Shown: one piece after another, positions 48,687 to 63,471 of the stretch
Numbering within the stretch: the stretch's first letter is position 1
How the letters are laid out: the number at the start of each line of letters is the position of its first letter
Assembly: GCF_030013595.1 (NCBI RefSeq)
Contig: NZ_CP122768.1
Reading direction: 5' to 3' (one strand)
Source of the DNA: Escherichia coli
Lineage (GTDB): Bacteria; Pseudomonadota; Gammaproteobacteria; Enterobacterales; Enterobacteriaceae
DNA length: 64,000 nt
Program-made: the position numbers and the translations under genes
Notes under the pieces: model-generated
Seen by the model: only the letters and a program-made list of their open reading frames with translations
What the model was told of the DNA's origin: nothing
The model's database searches: none

Positions 48687-49481
48687 ATGATCGGTCGACT
48701 GCTTCGCGGCGGTTTTATGACCGCTATCTACGCGTACCTGTATATTCCAATCATTATTTTGATTGTGAACTCTTTCAACAGCTCGCGCTTTGGCATCAAC
48801 TGGCAGGGTTTTACCACTAAATGGTATAGCCTGCTGATGAACAACGACAGTCTGTTGCAGGCAGCTCAGCATTCATTGACGATGGCGGTGTTTTCAGCGA
48901 CGTTTGCTACGCTTATCGGTTCACTGACGGCAGTTGCGCTGTACCGTTATCGCTTTCGCGGTAAACCGTTCGTTAGCGGAATGCTGTTCGTGGTGATGAT
49001 GTCGCCAGATATTGTGATGGCGATTTCTCTGCTGGTGCTGTTTATGCTGCTGGGTATTCAGCTTGGCTTCTGGTCGCTGCTGTTCTCGCATATCACCTTC
49101 TGCCTGCCGTTTGTGGTGGTGACGGTGTATTCGCGCCTGAAAGGTTTTGACGTGCGAATGCTGGAAGCGGCGAAAGATCTCGGTGCCAGCGAATTTACCA
49201 TTCTGCGAAAAATCATTCTGCCACTGGCAATGCCAGCGGTAGCGGCGGGCTGGGTGTTAAGCTTTACCCTGTCGATGGACGATGTAGTAGTTTCTTCGTT
49301 CGTCACCGGACCAAGCTATGAAATTCTGCCGTTAAAAATTTATTCGATGGTCAAAGTCGGCGTATCGCCGGAAGTTAACGCGCTGGCAACCATATTACTG
49401 GTGCTGTCGCTGGTGATGGTAATTGCCAGCCAGCTTATTGCTCGTGATAAAACGAAAGGTAACACAGGGGACGTTAAATGA
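48687..49481 (+). CDS. potC: spermidine/putrescine ABC transporter permease
   Basis: 264-aa polytopic permease ORF; start overlaps the native potB stop. Confidence 0.95.
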   Translation: MIGRLLRGGFMTAIYAYLYIPIIILIVNSFNSSRFGINWQGFTTKWYSLLMNNDSLLQAAQHSLTMAVFSATFATLIGSLTAVALYRYRFRGKPFVSGMLFVVMMSPDIVMAISLLVLFMLLGIQLGFWSLLFSHITFCLPFVVVTVYSRLKGFDVRMLEAAKDLGASEFTILRKIILPLAMPAVAAGWVLSFTLSMDDVVVSSFVTGPSYEILPLKIYSMVKVGVSPEVNALATILLVLSLVMVIASQLIARDKTKGNTGDVK

Positions 49482-50524
49482 AAAAATGGTCACGCCACCT
49501 GCTCGCGGCGGGTGCTCTGGCACTGGGCATGAGCGCCGCTCACGCCGATGACAACAACACGCTGTATTTCTACAACTGGACCGAGTACGTGCCGCCAGGA
49601 CTGCTTGAACAGTTCACCAAAGAAACCGGTATTAAGGTTATCTATTCGACTTACGAGTCGAACGAAACCATGTACGCGAAGCTGAAAACGTACAAAGACG
49701 GTGCCTATGACCTGGTGGTTCCTTCAACCTATTACGTCGATAAAATGCGTAAAGAAGGGATGATCCAGAAGATCGACAAGTCGAAGTTAAGCAATTTCAG
49801 CAACCTCGATCCAGACATGCTCAACAAGCCGTTTGACCCGAATAACGACTATTCCATTCCGTATATCTGGGGTGCGACGGCGATTGGCGTTAACGGTGAT
49901 GCGGTAGATCCGAAATCCGTTACCAGCTGGGCCGATCTGTGGAAGCCTGAGTACAAAGGCAGCCTGCTGCTGACCGACGATGCCCGTGAAGTGTTCCAGA
50001 TGGCGCTGCGCAAACTGGGCTACTCCGGTAACACTACCGATCCGAAAGAGATTGAAGCTGCATATAACGAGCTAAAAAAACTGATGCCAAACGTAGCAGC
50101 GTTTAACTCCGATAACCCGGCTAACCCGTACATGGAAGGCGAAGTTAACCTCGGCATGATCTGGAACGGTTCTGCTTTCGTTGCACGCCAGGCGGGTACG
50201 CCTATTGACGTGGTGTGGCCGAAAGAAGGCGGTATTTTCTGGATGGACAGCCTGGCGATCCCAGCAAATGCCAAAAACAAAGAAGGCGCGCTGAAATTGA
50301 TCAACTTCCTGCTGCGCCCAGATGTGGCAAAACAGGTTGCAGAAACTATCGGTTATCCAACGCCAAACCTTGCGGCGCGTAAGCTGTTAAGTCCGGAAGT
50401 GGCGAACGATAAAACGCTCTACCCGGATGCTGAAACCATTAAAAATGGTGAATGGCAGAATGACGTTGGCGCAGCCAGCAGCATTTATGAAGAGTATTAT
50501 CAGAAGCTGAAAGCAGGACGTTAA
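49478..50524 (+). CDS. potD: spermidine/putrescine periplasmic binding protein
   Basis: 348-aa ORF with signal peptide, solute-binding fold. Confidence 0.95.
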   Translation: MKKWSRHLLAAGALALGMSAAHADDNNTLYFYNWTEYVPPGLLEQFTKETGIKVIYSTYESNETMYAKLKTYKDGAYDLVVPSTYYVDKMRKEGMIQKIDKSKLSNFSNLDPDMLNKPFDPNNDYSIPYIWGATAIGVNGDAVDPKSVTSWADLWKPEYKGSLLLTDDAREVFQMALRKLGYSGNTTDPKEIEAAYNELKKLMPNVAAFNSDNPANPYMEGEVNLGMIWNGSAFVARQAGTPIDVVWPKEGGIFWMDSLAIPANAKNKEGALKLINFLLRPDVAKQVAETIGYPTPNLAARKLLSPEVANDKTLYPDAETIKNGEWQNDVGAASSIYEEYYQKLKAGR

Positions 50525-50530
50525 TTCAGC

Positions 50531-50560
50531 AAGCGGGCGGTGGTATTACCGCCCGTTTTT
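50531..50560 (+). terminator. intrinsic terminator after potD (gcgggcggtggtattaccgcccg + T-run)
   Basis: GC stem-loop followed by tttttt. Confidence 0.75.
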
Positions 50561-50581
50561 TATTTAGCAAGGATGTGGCTA

Positions 50582-51043
50582 ATGAGTCAGGACAGTAGAG
50601 TTTTCTTTCATATATTCCTCGGTATCGGTCTGGTACTGATCCTCATTTCTGTTGTTGTCTTTTATAACCAGTTCACCTATAGCAAAGATGCGATTCATAC
50701 TGAAGGCGTCATTGTTGATACCGTCTGGCACTCCAGTCATTCTCATCGCACGGGTAAAAATGGTTCGTGGTATCCCGTCGTTGCCTTTCGACCGACGCCT
50801 GATTACACGCTAATTTTCAATTCGAGTATTGGCAGCGATTTTTATGAAGACAGCGAAGGCGATAAAGTTAATGTTTATTATTCTCCAGGACATCCTGAAA
50901 AGGCTGAGATAAATAACCCGTGGGTTAATTTTTTTAAATGGGGGTTTATCGGCATTATGGGCGTTATTTTTATCTCCGTCGGTTTATTAATCAGTATGCC
51001 CTCCTCTAAAAAGACACGCAGGAAACGGAAGTCCCGCCCATGA
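50582..51043 (+). CDS. ymfA: inner membrane protein YmfA
   Basis: Track ORF 50540-51043 trimmed to MSQDSRVFF (~153 aa); two TM helices; synteny. Confidence 0.8.
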   Translation: MSQDSRVFFHIFLGIGLVLILISVVVFYNQFTYSKDAIHTEGVIVDTVWHSSHSHRTGKNGSWYPVVAFRPTPDYTLIFNSSIGSDFYEDSEGDKVNVYYSPGHPEKAEINNPWVNFFKWGFIGIMGVIFISVGLLISMPSSKKTRRKRKSRP

Positions 51044-51825
51044 AAAAAATCATAATATTGCTCAGTTTACTGATACTCCTGCCTCTGACGGCAACCAGTA
51101 ATCCATTGATTCCAATAATGAAGACTCTTTTTACAGATGTTACAGGTACTGTACCGGATGCTGAAGAGATCGCGCATAAAGCCGAGCTTTTTCGCCAACA
51201 AACCGGGATTGCGCCGTTTATCGTGGTTGTACCTGGCGTTAATGAAGCAAGCTTCAGGCAAAATGGCAAAGCGATGCTGGCGCATGCGTCATCTTCATTG
51301 AGTGATGTAAAAGGCAGCGTCCTGTTACTTTTTACCACCCGCGAGCCACGGTTAATTATGATAACCAACGGCCAGGTTGAAAGCGGTCTGGACGATAAAC
51401 ATCTCGGCCTTCTGGTAGAAAATCACACTCAGGCTTATTTACATGCGGACCTCTGGTATCAGGGAATCAATAATGCATTGGCTGTTTTACAAGCACAGAT
51501 ATTAAAACAACCGACGCCGCCACTGACATATTATCCGCATCCCGGACAACAGCAGGAGAATGATCCTCCCGGCAGTACCACGATATTAGGTCTTTTTGCC
51601 TGGGCAGTTGCATTCATCGTCTTTACTGCATTTTTTTACTACACGACGCGCCTTAATTATGCATTAAAGTTTGCAGTGGCGATGACTATTGCCAATATGG
51701 GTTATCAGGCTTTATGTTTGTACATCGATAATAGCTTGGCGATTACCAGAATATCGCCGCTCTGGGCAGGGCTGATTGGTGTCTGTACGTTTATTGCCGC
51801 GTTGTTATTGACGAGTAAACGGTAA
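51040..51825 (+). CDS. ycfZ: inner membrane protein YcfZ
   Basis: 261-aa ORF with signal/TM segments; synteny. Confidence 0.8.
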   Translation: MKKIIILLSLLILLPLTATSNPLIPIMKTLFTDVTGTVPDAEEIAHKAELFRQQTGIAPFIVVVPGVNEASFRQNGKAMLAHASSSLSDVKGSVLLLFTTREPRLIMITNGQVESGLDDKHLGLLVENHTQAYLHADLWYQGINNALAVLQAQILKQPTPPLTYYPHPGQQQENDPPGSTTILGLFAWAVAFIVFTAFFYYTTRLNYALKFAVAMTIANMGYQALCLYIDNSLAITRISPLWAGLIGVCTFIAALLLTSKR

Positions 51826-51849
51826 AAGAGGCAGTAAAGTGTGCGTTTA

Positions 51850-51950
51850 TTATGCCGGATGCGGCGCGAACGCCTTATCTGGCCCACAAAACCCGCAAAT
51901 TCAATTAATTGCGTCCCCTTGTAGGCCTGATAAGCGTAGCACATCAGGCA
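51850..51950. repeat. REP-type extragenic palindromes
   Basis: gccggatgcggcgcgaacgccttatc and taggcctgataagcgtagc motifs between ycfZ and cobB. Confidence 0.6.
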
Positions 51951-51962
51951 ATGCTTCCTGCT

Positions 51963-52784
51963 TTATAAGCCCTTCAGCAACTTTTCAACAAACTCTGGCA
52001 CCACCTGGCTTGCCGGGCCGTAATATTTCTCGGCAAATTCATTACCGACCTGGCTTGGTTCAAGATTCAGTTCCACGGTGTGTGCGCCATGCAGTTTCGC
52101 TTCGTGAACAAACCCAGCCGCCGGATAAACATGCCCTGATGTACCAATGGCAATGAAAATATCGGCCATTGACAACGCCATATAAATTTCATCCATGCCG
52201 AGTGGCATTTCGCCAAACCAAACGACGTGCGGGCGCAAGGGTGCCGGGAACTGGCAACAATGGCATTTATCTTCTGGCGTAACGTCTTCGGTCCAGTCGA
52301 GAACCTGACCACTTTGCGAACAACGAACTTTTAGCAGTTCCCCATGCATATGAATGACATTGGTATTACCTGCGCGTTCATGCAGGTTGTCTATATTCTG
52401 CGTTACCAGCAAAAAGCGATCGCCGAGGGCGTCTTGCAGTTTAGCCAGCGCAAGATGCGCGGCGTTAGGCTGAATTTCTGGCTGCTGCAGCTGTCGGCGA
52501 CGGGCGTTATAAAACGCTTGCACCAGTTCAGGATCGCGATCGAAACCTTCCGGCGTTGCCACATCTTCAACCCGATGTTCTTCCCACAGGCCATCTGCGG
52601 CGCGAAAGGTACGAATACCTGATTCCGCAGAAATACCTGCCCCTGTCAGTACGAGTACTCTTGGTTTTTCCATTGCTTCCGGCACCACTTTATCTCTGAA
52701 AAAAATACGCTGACGCAAACGCTCGCGCAGACGGCGTTTATTTTTACGAAAACGACTTAACCGATGACCCCGACGCGACAGCAT
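51963..52784 (-). CDS. cobB: NAD-dependent protein deacylase (sirtuin), long isoform
   Basis: 273-aa ORF with Rossmann GAGISAESG motif and Zn-binding Cys pairs. Confidence 0.9.
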   Translation of the reverse strand: MLSRRGHRLSRFRKNKRRLRERLRQRIFFRDKVVPEAMEKPRVLVLTGAGISAESGIRTFRAADGLWEEHRVEDVATPEGFDRDPELVQAFYNARRRQLQQPEIQPNAAHLALAKLQDALGDRFLLVTQNIDNLHERAGNTNVIHMHGELLKVRCSQSGQVLDWTEDVTPEDKCHCCQFPAPLRPHVVWFGEMPLGMDEIYMALSMADIFIAIGTSGHVYPAAGFVHEAKLHGAHTVELNLEPSQVGNEFAEKYYGPASQVVPEFVEKLLKGL

Positions 52785-52799
52785 AGCAACCTCTGTTGT

Positions 52800-53711
52800 T
52801 TAATCGGTTAGATGTAGGAAGGCCGCACCACGCATTCCTCCCGCATCACCGTGGCGCGCGCGTTCAATGCGCGGAACACGAGCTACAGGTAAGAGATGAC
52901 GAGGCAGCCTGTCCGCCAGTTGCGTTGTGATTGCCGGGAAATTCGATAAGCCACCACCAATGACGACCAGGTCAGGGTCAACAATGGTCAGGATATTTCC
53001 CAGACAAACCGCTAATAAATCCAGATAACGCTCAACGTGCGCCCTTGCCTGCTCATCACCTTGATCATAAAGCGCAATAATTTCGGGAGCCTGCAACGGT
53101 TGATGATAATAGTGTTGATACAGCCACGCAAAACCGCGACCAGACAGATAATTTTCAATGCAGCCATGCTGACCACAGCCGCAGCGGCGTAACGGGAAAT
53201 CCAGCCCCATCATGGTTAACGCATCAACCGGCAGACGCATATGGCCAAACTCGCCGGTAATATAGCTTTTACCGGTAATTGGTTTACCGTTGAAAATCAG
53301 CCCGCCGCCAACGCCGGTGCCGAGAATCAACCCCATCACCAGTGGATATTGAGTAAATTCATCATCCCAGGCTTCTGAAAGGGCAAAACAGTTGGCATCG
53401 TTATCAAGGCGGACATCGCGATCAAGACGTGCGCTCAGGTCGGCACGCAGCGGTTTACCGCTGGCAGCGGGGACATTGGCGGCATACAGCGTACCATCTT
53501 CTGTTTCCGGCATTCCCGGAATACCGATGCCGACAGAGCCTTTACAGCCAAAACGTTGGTCAGCTTCAGCTACCAGCTCACACACTGCATCTAAAAATGC
53601 GTCATAGCTGTCACGCGGTGTCGGCACCCGCTTTTCCCACTGCAACTGCCGACCGCTATCAAACACGCCAAGCGCAATTTTTGTTCCACCAATATCAAAC
53701 CCGTAATACAT
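52800..53711 (-). CDS. nagK: N-acetyl-D-glucosamine kinase
   Basis: Track ORF trimmed to [11 protein letters not shown] (ROK-family ATP-binding start). Confidence 0.9.
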
Positions 53712-53739
53712 TGCCGCTCCTTGTTTTAATGTACTGCCT

Positions 53740-56988
<3,249 letters not shown>

Positions 56989-57137
56989 TCAATCGGCTAA
57001 AGGGCCTCATTTTCTCATCGGCCTTGTAGCCTGATCTTTATCTGAAAAATAACCAAATACAGACAGATACGCATTACACCACGCGACTGGCCCCTCAGGA
57101 TCAACAGCATGTTAAATAAAAAGAGCGTGTTGTCCTG

Positions 57138-58211
57138 ATGAAACAAAAAGAGCTATGGATTAACCAGATCAAAGGGTTATGTATTTGTCTGGTGGTGATT
57201 TATCACTCGGTTATTACCTTTTATCCGCATCTGACCACTTTCCAGCATCAGTTATCGGAAGTCCTGAGCAAATGCTGGATCTATTTCAATCTTTACCTTG
57301 CACCCTTTCGTATGCCGGTTTTTTTCTTTATATCCGGCTATTTGATTCGCCGCTATATCGACAGCGTACCGTGGGGAAATTGTCTCGATAAACGGATCTG
57401 GAACATCTTCTGGGTGCTGGCGCTTTGGGGCGTGGTGCAGTGGCTGGCGTTAAGTGCGCTGAACCAGTGGCTGGCACCTGAGCGCGATTTAAGCAATGCC
57501 TCCAATGCCGCTTATGCCGATTCCACCGGTGAGTTCCTGCACGGGATGATCACCGCCAGCACCAGCTTGTGGTATCTGTATGCGTTAATTGTCTATTTCG
57601 TGGTATGTAAAATTTTTAGCCGTCTGGCGCTGCCACTATTCGCCTTGTTTGTACTGCTGAGTGTGGCGGTTAATTTCGTTCCCACGCCGTGGTGGGGATT
57701 GAACAGTGTGATCCGCAATTTGCCTTATTACAGCCTTGGCGCATGGTTTGGCGCAACATTAATGACCTGTGTTAAAGAGGTGCCGTTGCGCCGCCATCTG
57801 CTGATGGCTTCTTTGCTGGCTGTTCTGGCGGTCGGTGCCTGGTTGTTTACTATCTCGCTGCTGTTGTCGCTGGTATCGATTGTGGTGATCATGAAACTGT
57901 TTTATCAGTACGAGCAACGTTTCGGTATGCGCTCCACCAGCCTGCTGAATGTGATTGGCTCCAACACCATTGCTATCTACACCACCCATCGCATTCTGGT
58001 AGAAATATTCAGCTTAACTCTGCTTGCGCAAATGAACGCGGCACACTGGTCGCCGCAAGTCGAACTGACACTCCTGCTGGTTTATCCCTTTGTCAGTTTG
58101 TTCATCTGTACTGTTGCGGGCTTGCTGGTAAGAAAACTTTCACAGCGTGCATTCAGCGATCTGTTGTTCTCCCCGCCTTCACTGCCCGCTGCCGTCAGTT
58201 ACTCCCGCTAA
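57138..58211 (+). CDS. ycfT: inner membrane acyltransferase-family protein YcfT
   Basis: 357-aa polytopic ORF; synteny between lolC and mfd. Confidence 0.8.
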   Translation: MKQKELWINQIKGLCICLVVIYHSVITFYPHLTTFQHQLSEVLSKCWIYFNLYLAPFRMPVFFFISGYLIRRYIDSVPWGNCLDKRIWNIFWVLALWGVVQWLALSALNQWLAPERDLSNASNAAYADSTGEFLHGMITASTSLWYLYALIVYFVVCKIFSRLALPLFALFVLLSVAVNFVPTPWWGLNSVIRNLPYYSLGAWFGATLMTCVKEVPLRRHLLMASLLAVLAVGAWLFTISLLLSLVSIVVIMKLFYQYEQRFGMRSTSLLNVIGSNTIAIYTTHRILVEIFSLTLLAQMNAAHWSPQVELTLLLVYPFVSLFICTVAGLLVRKLSQRAFSDLLFSPPSLPAAVSYSR

Positions 58212-58338
58212 GCCATCGCCCCAGCCGGGGCGATTCAATTTGCTAAACCATGTCGATTACGGATAATGAACAGCATTGCTTATCAGAGATATGCCCCCAT
58301 ATGTTGAGGCATATCCTAACGAGAATCTGACAACCGTT

Positions 58339-61300
58339 ATGCCTGAACAATATCGTTATACGCTGCCCGTCAAAGCGGGTGAGCAGCGTCTGCTGGGCGA
58401 GTTAACCGGCGCTGCCTGCGCGACGCTGGTAGCGGAAATTGCCGAACGTCACGCCGGTCCGGTGGTACTCATTGCACCAGATATGCAAAATGCTCTGCGT
58501 TTGCATGATGAAATCAGCCAGTTTACCGATCAAATGGTGATGAATCTGGCGGACTGGGAAACTCTTCCCTACGACAGTTTTTCGCCTCATCAGGACATTA
58601 TCTCCTCGCGCCTTTCCACCCTTTACCAGCTACCGACGATGCAGCGTGGCGTACTGATTGTTCCGGTGAATACGCTTATGCAGCGCGTTTGCCCGCACAG
58701 TTTTCTCCACGGTCATGCGCTGGTGATGAAAAAAGGTCAGCGCCTGTCACGAGATGCATTACGAACCCAACTGGACAGCGCCGGTTATCGCCATGTTGAC
58801 CAGGTGATGGAGCACGGCGAATACGCCACGCGCGGCGCGTTGCTGGATCTCTTCCCGATGGGGAGTGAGCTGCCTTATCGTCTTGATTTCTTTGATGATG
58901 AAATCGACAGCCTGCGGGTGTTTGACGTCGATAGCCAGCGCACGCTGGAGGAAGTAGAAGAGATCAATCTGCTGCCCGCGCACGAATTTCCGACCGATAA
59001 AGCGGCAATTGAACTGTTCCGCAGCCAGTGGCGTGATACCTTCGAAGTGAAGCGCGATCCAGAACATATTTATCAGCAAGTGAGTAAAGGCACATTACCT
59101 GCCGGGATCGAGTACTGGCAGCCATTGTTCTTCAGCGAACCACTGCCGCCGCTGTTCAGTTATTTCCCTGCCAATACCTTGCTGGTGAATACTGGCGATC
59201 TGGAAAACAGTGCCGAACGTTTCCAGGCTGACACGCTGGCGCGTTTTGAGAATCGCGGCGTCGATCCGATGCGTCCACTGTTGCCACCACAATCGCTCTG
59301 GCTGCGGGTAGACGAGCTCTTTTCAGAGCTGAAAAACTGGCCGCGTGTGCAGCTAAAAACTGAACATTTACCGACAAAAGCCGCGAATGCCAATTTAGGT
59401 TTCCAGAAACTGCCAGACCTGGCCGTTCAGGCACAACAAAAAGCGCCGCTGGATGCGCTACGTAAGTTCCTCGAGACTTTCGACGGTCCGGTGGTGTTCT
59501 CGGTAGAAAGTGAAGGTCGCCGTGAAGCGCTGGGTGAACTGCTCGCACGAATTAAAATTGCTCCGCAACGCATTATGCGTCTTGATGAAGCCAGCGACCG
59601 TGGGCGTTATCTGATGATTGGCGCTGCCGAACATGGTTTTGTCGATAAGGTGCGTAACCTGGCGCTGATTTGCGAAAGCGATCTGCTCGGTGAACGTGTT
59701 GCCCGCCGTCGTCAGGATTCTCGCCGCACCATCAACCCCGATACACTGATCCGCAACCTCGCGGAGCTGCATATTGGCCAGCCGGTGGTCCATCTGGAGC
59801 ACGGCGTCGGTCGCTATGCCGGAATGACCACGCTGGAAGCGGGCGGCATTACTGGCGAGTATTTGATGCTCACCTATGCCAACGACGCCAAACTGTATGT
59901 TCCGGTGTCGTCACTGCATCTGATTAGCCGTTACGCCGGTGGCGCGGAAGAAAACGCCCCGCTGCATAAACTTGGCGGCGATGCGTGGTCACGCGCGCGG
60001 CAGAAAGCGGCGGAAAAAGTGCGTGATGTGGCGGCAGAATTGCTGGATATCTACGCGCAACGCGCCGCCAAAGAGGGCTACGCGTTTAAACACGATCGTG
60101 AGCAGTATCAGTTGTTCTGCGACAGCTTCCCGTTTGAAACCACGCCGGATCAGGCGCAGGCCATTAATGCGGTGCTTAGCGACATGTGTCAGCCGCTGGC
60201 AATGGATCGTCTGGTGTGTGGCGATGTTGGCTTTGGGAAAACTGAAGTCGCGATGCGCGCCGCTTTCCTGGCAGTAGATAACCACAAGCAGGTGGCGGTG
60301 CTGGTGCCTACCACCCTTCTCGCGCAGCAGCATTACGACAACTTCCGCGACCGTTTCGCCAACTGGCCAGTACGCATCGAAATGATCTCCCGTTTCCGCA
60401 GTGCCAAAGAACAGACGCAAATCCTTGCGGAAGTGGCGGAAGGGAAAATCGATATTCTGATCGGTACGCACAAACTGCTGCAAAATGACGTCAAGTTTAA
60501 AGATTTAGGCCTGCTGATTGTCGATGAAGAACACCGCTTCGGGGTACGTCATAAAGAGCGCATTAAAGCGATGCGTGCGAACGTGGATATTCTGACGCTT
60601 ACCGCTACGCCGATCCCACGTACGCTGAATATGGCGATGAGCGGAATGCGCGATCTGTCGATTATTGCCACGCCGCCCGCCCGTCGTCTGGCGGTCAAAA
60701 CGTTTGTCCGCGAGTATGACAGTCTGGTGGTCCGGGAGGCGATCCTGCGTGAAATTTTGCGCGGAGGACAGGTTTATTATCTCTACAATGATGTGGAAAA
60801 CATTCAGAAAGCCGCCGAACGGCTGGCAGAACTGGTGCCAGAAGCGCGGATCGCCATCGGTCACGGGCAGATGCGCGAGCGCGAACTGGAGCGGGTGATG
60901 AATGATTTCCATCATCAACGTTTCAACGTGCTGGTTTGTACAACCATTATCGAAACCGGGATCGACATCCCGACAGCCAACACCATTATTATTGAACGCG
61001 CGGATCACTTCGGTCTGGCGCAGCTGCACCAGTTGCGCGGTCGCGTCGGGCGTTCGCATCATCAGGCATATGCATGGTTGCTGACACCGCATCCAAAAGC
61101 GATGACTACCGATGCACAAAAACGTCTTGAAGCGATTGCCTCGCTGGAAGATCTCGGGGCAGGTTTTGCGCTGGCAACGCACGATCTGGAGATTCGCGGC
61201 GCGGGTGAATTGCTTGGCGAAGAACAAAGCGGCTCAATGGAAACTATCGGTTTCTCGCTGTATATGGAGTTGCTGGAAAACGCCGTCGATGCGCTGAAAG

Positions 61301-61785
61301 CCGGACGCGAGCCGTCGCTGGAAGATCTCACCAGTCAACAAACAGAAGTCGAGCTGCGGATGCCGTCGCTGTTGCCGGATGATTTCATTCCTGACGTGAA
61401 TACGCGTTTGTCGTTCTATAAACGTATTGCCAGCGCCAAAACGGAAAACGAACTGGAAGAGATCAAAGTTGAGCTTATCGATCGCTTCGGCCTGCTGCCG
61501 GATCCGGCGCGTACCCTGCTGGATATTGCCCGTCTGCGCCAGCAAGCGCAGAAACTGGGGATCAGGAAGCTGGAAGGTAATGAGAAAGGCGGCGTGATCG
61601 AATTTGCCGAGAAGAATCACGTTAATCCGGCATGGCTGATTGGTTTGCTGCAAAAACAGCCGCAGCATTACCGCCTTGATGGTCCGACGCGCCTGAAGTT
61701 TATTCAGGATTTGAGTGAGCGGAAAACGCGTATCGAATGGGTACGCCAGTTTATGCGTGAACTGGAAGAGAACGCCATCGCTTGA
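58339..61785 (+). CDS. mfd: transcription-repair coupling factor Mfd
   Basis: Track ORF 58276-61785 trimmed to MPEQYRYTLP; helicase motifs (GDVGFGKTE, DEEHRFG), UvrB-homology N-terminus. Confidence 0.95.
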   Translation: MPEQYRYTLPVKAGEQRLLGELTGAACATLVAEIAERHAGPVVLIAPDMQNALRLHDEISQFTDQMVMNLADWETLPYDSFSPHQDIISSRLSTLYQLPTMQRGVLIVPVNTLMQRVCPHSFLHGHALVMKKGQRLSRDALRTQLDSAGYRHVDQVMEHGEYATRGALLDLFPMGSELPYRLDFFDDEIDSLRVFDVDSQRTLEEVEEINLLPAHEFPTDKAAIELFRSQWRDTFEVKRDPEHIYQQVSKGTLPAGIEYWQPLFFSEPLPPLFSYFPANTLLVNTGDLENSAERFQADTLARFENRGVDPMRPLLPPQSLWLRVDELFSELKNWPRVQLKTEHLPTKAANANLGFQKLPDLAVQAQQKAPLDALRKFLETFDGPVVFSVESEGRREALGELLARIKIAPQRIMRLDEASDRGRYLMIGAAEHGFVDKVRNLALICESDLLGERVARRRQDSRRTINPDTLIRNLAELHIGQPVVHLEHGVGRYAGMTTLEAGGITGEYLMLTYANDAKLYVPVSSLHLISRYAGGAEENAPLHKLGGDAWSRARQKAAEKVRDVAAELLDIYAQRAAKEGYAFKHDREQYQLFCDSFPFETTPDQAQAINAVLSDMCQPLAMDRLVCGDVGFGKTEVAMRAAFLAVDNHKQVAVLVPTTLLAQQHYDNFRDRFANWPVRIEMISRFRSAKEQTQILAEVAEGKIDILIGTHKLLQNDVKFKDLGLLIVDEEHRFGVRHKERIKAMRANVDILTLTATPIPRTLNMAMSGMRDLSIIATPPARRLAVKTFVREYDSLVVREAILREILRGGQVYYLYNDVENIQKAAERLAELVPEARIAIGHGQMRERELERVMNDFHHQRFNVLVCTTIIETGIDIPTANTIIIERADHFGLAQLHQLRGRVGRSHHQAYAWLLTPHPKAMTTDAQKRLEAIASLEDLGAGFALATHDLEIRGAGELLGEEQSGSMETIGFSLYMELLENAVDALKAGREPSLEDLTSQQTEVELRMPSLLPDDFIPDVNTRLSFYKRIASAKTENELEEIKVELIDRFGLLPDPARTLLDIARLRQQAQKLGIRKLEGNEKGGVIEFAEKNHVNPAWLIGLLQKQPQHYRLDGPTRLKFIQDLSERKTRIEWVRQFMRELEENAIA

Positions 61786-61932
61786 TGGTTAGATTGGGGG
61801 CGTTTCTGCGCCCCCATCTGCAACATTTACAAATTCTTTGCACTTCCCTGCACTATCCGACACTGTCACCATCCATAATTCAGGCTTATCTGTTTATTAC
61901 AATAACCTTATATTTATTATGGATTTTTGGTG

Positions 61933-62892
61933 ATGATCAAAACGCGTTTTTCTCGCTGGCTAACGTTTTTTACGTTCGCCGCTGCCGTGGCGCTGGCGCT
62001 ACCGGCAAAAGCCAACACCTGGCCGCTGCCGCCAGCGGGCAGTCGTCTGGTTGGCGAAAACAAATTTCATGTGGTGGAAAATGACGGTGGTTCTCTGGAA
62101 GCCATCGCCAAAAAATATAATGTCGGCTTTCTCGCTCTGTTACAGGCTAACCCCGGCGTTGATCCTTACGTGCCGCGCGCGGGTAGCGTGTTAACGATCC
62201 CGTTGCAAACCCTACTTCCAGATGCGCCGCGCGAAGGCATTGTGATCAATATTGCGGAACTGCGTCTCTATTACTACCCGCCGGGTAAAAATTCGGTAAC
62301 CGTGTATCCCATCGGCATTGGTCAGTTGGGTGGTGACACGCTGACGCCAACGATGGTGACTACCGTTTCGGACAAGCGTGCAAACCCAACCTGGACGCCA
62401 ACAGCGAATATTCGCGCCCGTTATAAAGCTCAGGGGATTGAGCTACCTGCAGTGGTTCCGGCAGGACCGGATAACCCAATGGGGCATCATGCGATTCGTC
62501 TGGCGGCCTATGGTGGCGTTTATTTGCTTCACGGTACGAACGCCGATTTCGGCATCGGCATGCGGGTAAGTTCTGGCTGTATTCGTCTGCGTGATGACGA
62601 TATCAAAACACTCTTTAGCCAGGTCACCCCAGGCACCAAAGTGAATATCATCAACACTCCGATAAAAGTCTCTGCCGAACCAAACGGTGCGCGTCTGGTT
62701 GAAGTACATCAGCCGCTGTCAGAGAAGATTGATGACGATCCGCAGCTGCTGCCAATTACGCTGAATAGCGCAATGCAATCATTTAAAGATGCAGCACAAA
62801 CTGACGCTGAAGTGATGCAACATGTGATGGATGTCCGTTCCGGGATGCCGGTGGATGTCCGCCGTCATCAAGTGAGCCCACAAACTCTGTAA
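61933..62892 (+). CDS. ldtC: L,D-transpeptidase (YcfS/LdtC)
   Basis: ~320-aa ORF with signal peptide, LysM-like segment and YkuD catalytic motif (HGT…SSGCIRL). Confidence 0.85.
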   Translation: MIKTRFSRWLTFFTFAAAVALALPAKANTWPLPPAGSRLVGENKFHVVENDGGSLEAIAKKYNVGFLALLQANPGVDPYVPRAGSVLTIPLQTLLPDAPREGIVINIAELRLYYYPPGKNSVTVYPIGIGQLGGDTLTPTMVTTVSDKRANPTWTPTANIRARYKAQGIELPAVVPAGPDNPMGHHAIRLAAYGGVYLLHGTNADFGIGMRVSSGCIRLRDDDIKTLFSQVTPGTKVNIINTPIKVSAEPNGARLVEVHQPLSEKIDDDPQLLPITLNSAMQSFKDAAQTDAEVMQHVMDVRSGMPVDVRRHQVSPQTL

Positions 62893-62973
62893 ATCCTGGA
62901 TAAAAAAATCCCCGCGACACGGCATGTCGCGGGGAAAAAATCAGCAGTAGCAGGCATTAATGAGGGTTAATGC

Positions 62974-63231
62974 TTATTTATAAATTACTGCTGTTCCATG
63001 GAGGGTATTTGGACCGGTTACAGAAGTAATACGGAATGATTTTGCGCCCATCTCATCCGCTTTTTGCGCCAGCTGCTCTTCCAGCGATCCCAGATTTGTC
63101 CCCGCGTTAGCACTGATAGTACCGACTTTTTGTTGGCCTTCTGGCGTTGACTGAACTTCGACAGCCGCAAAGCTGGCAAATGACATGGAGCTTAAAATCG
63201 CCGCAGCGATGAGGGTTTTTACGTTTTTCAT
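62974..63231 (-). CDS. bhsA: multiple stress resistance protein BhsA (YcfR)
   Basis: 85-aa ORF with signal peptide, YdgH/BhsA/McbA family. Confidence 0.85.
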   Translation of the reverse strand: MKNVKTLIAAAILSSMSFASFAAVEVQSTPEGQQKVGTISANAGTNLGSLEEQLAQKADEMGAKSFRITSVTGPNTLHGTAVIYK

Positions 63232-63471
63232 AATAGTGGCCTTATGCAGATGAATGACGTCGCAAGCAATTACTTAACGATCGATAACTAAATGATAGAT
63301 GTGATCTGGATCACATACAAGATATTTTTTATAACAATCATTAATTAATTTAAAAATCTTTAAATTTCAGTTAAATAGAAAGCAATTATTTTTATGGTTT
63401 GTGGACTGGTGAACGGAGGTGATTATTTTTATAATAACCTTTCAATCACAGTCACCAGGTACAACGGCATC

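Noticed and set aside
58402-61668. Multiple minus-strand ORFs within mfd, lolCDE and nagK
   Set aside because: They are embedded antisense in conserved housekeeping genes with intact full-length frames; no independent support.
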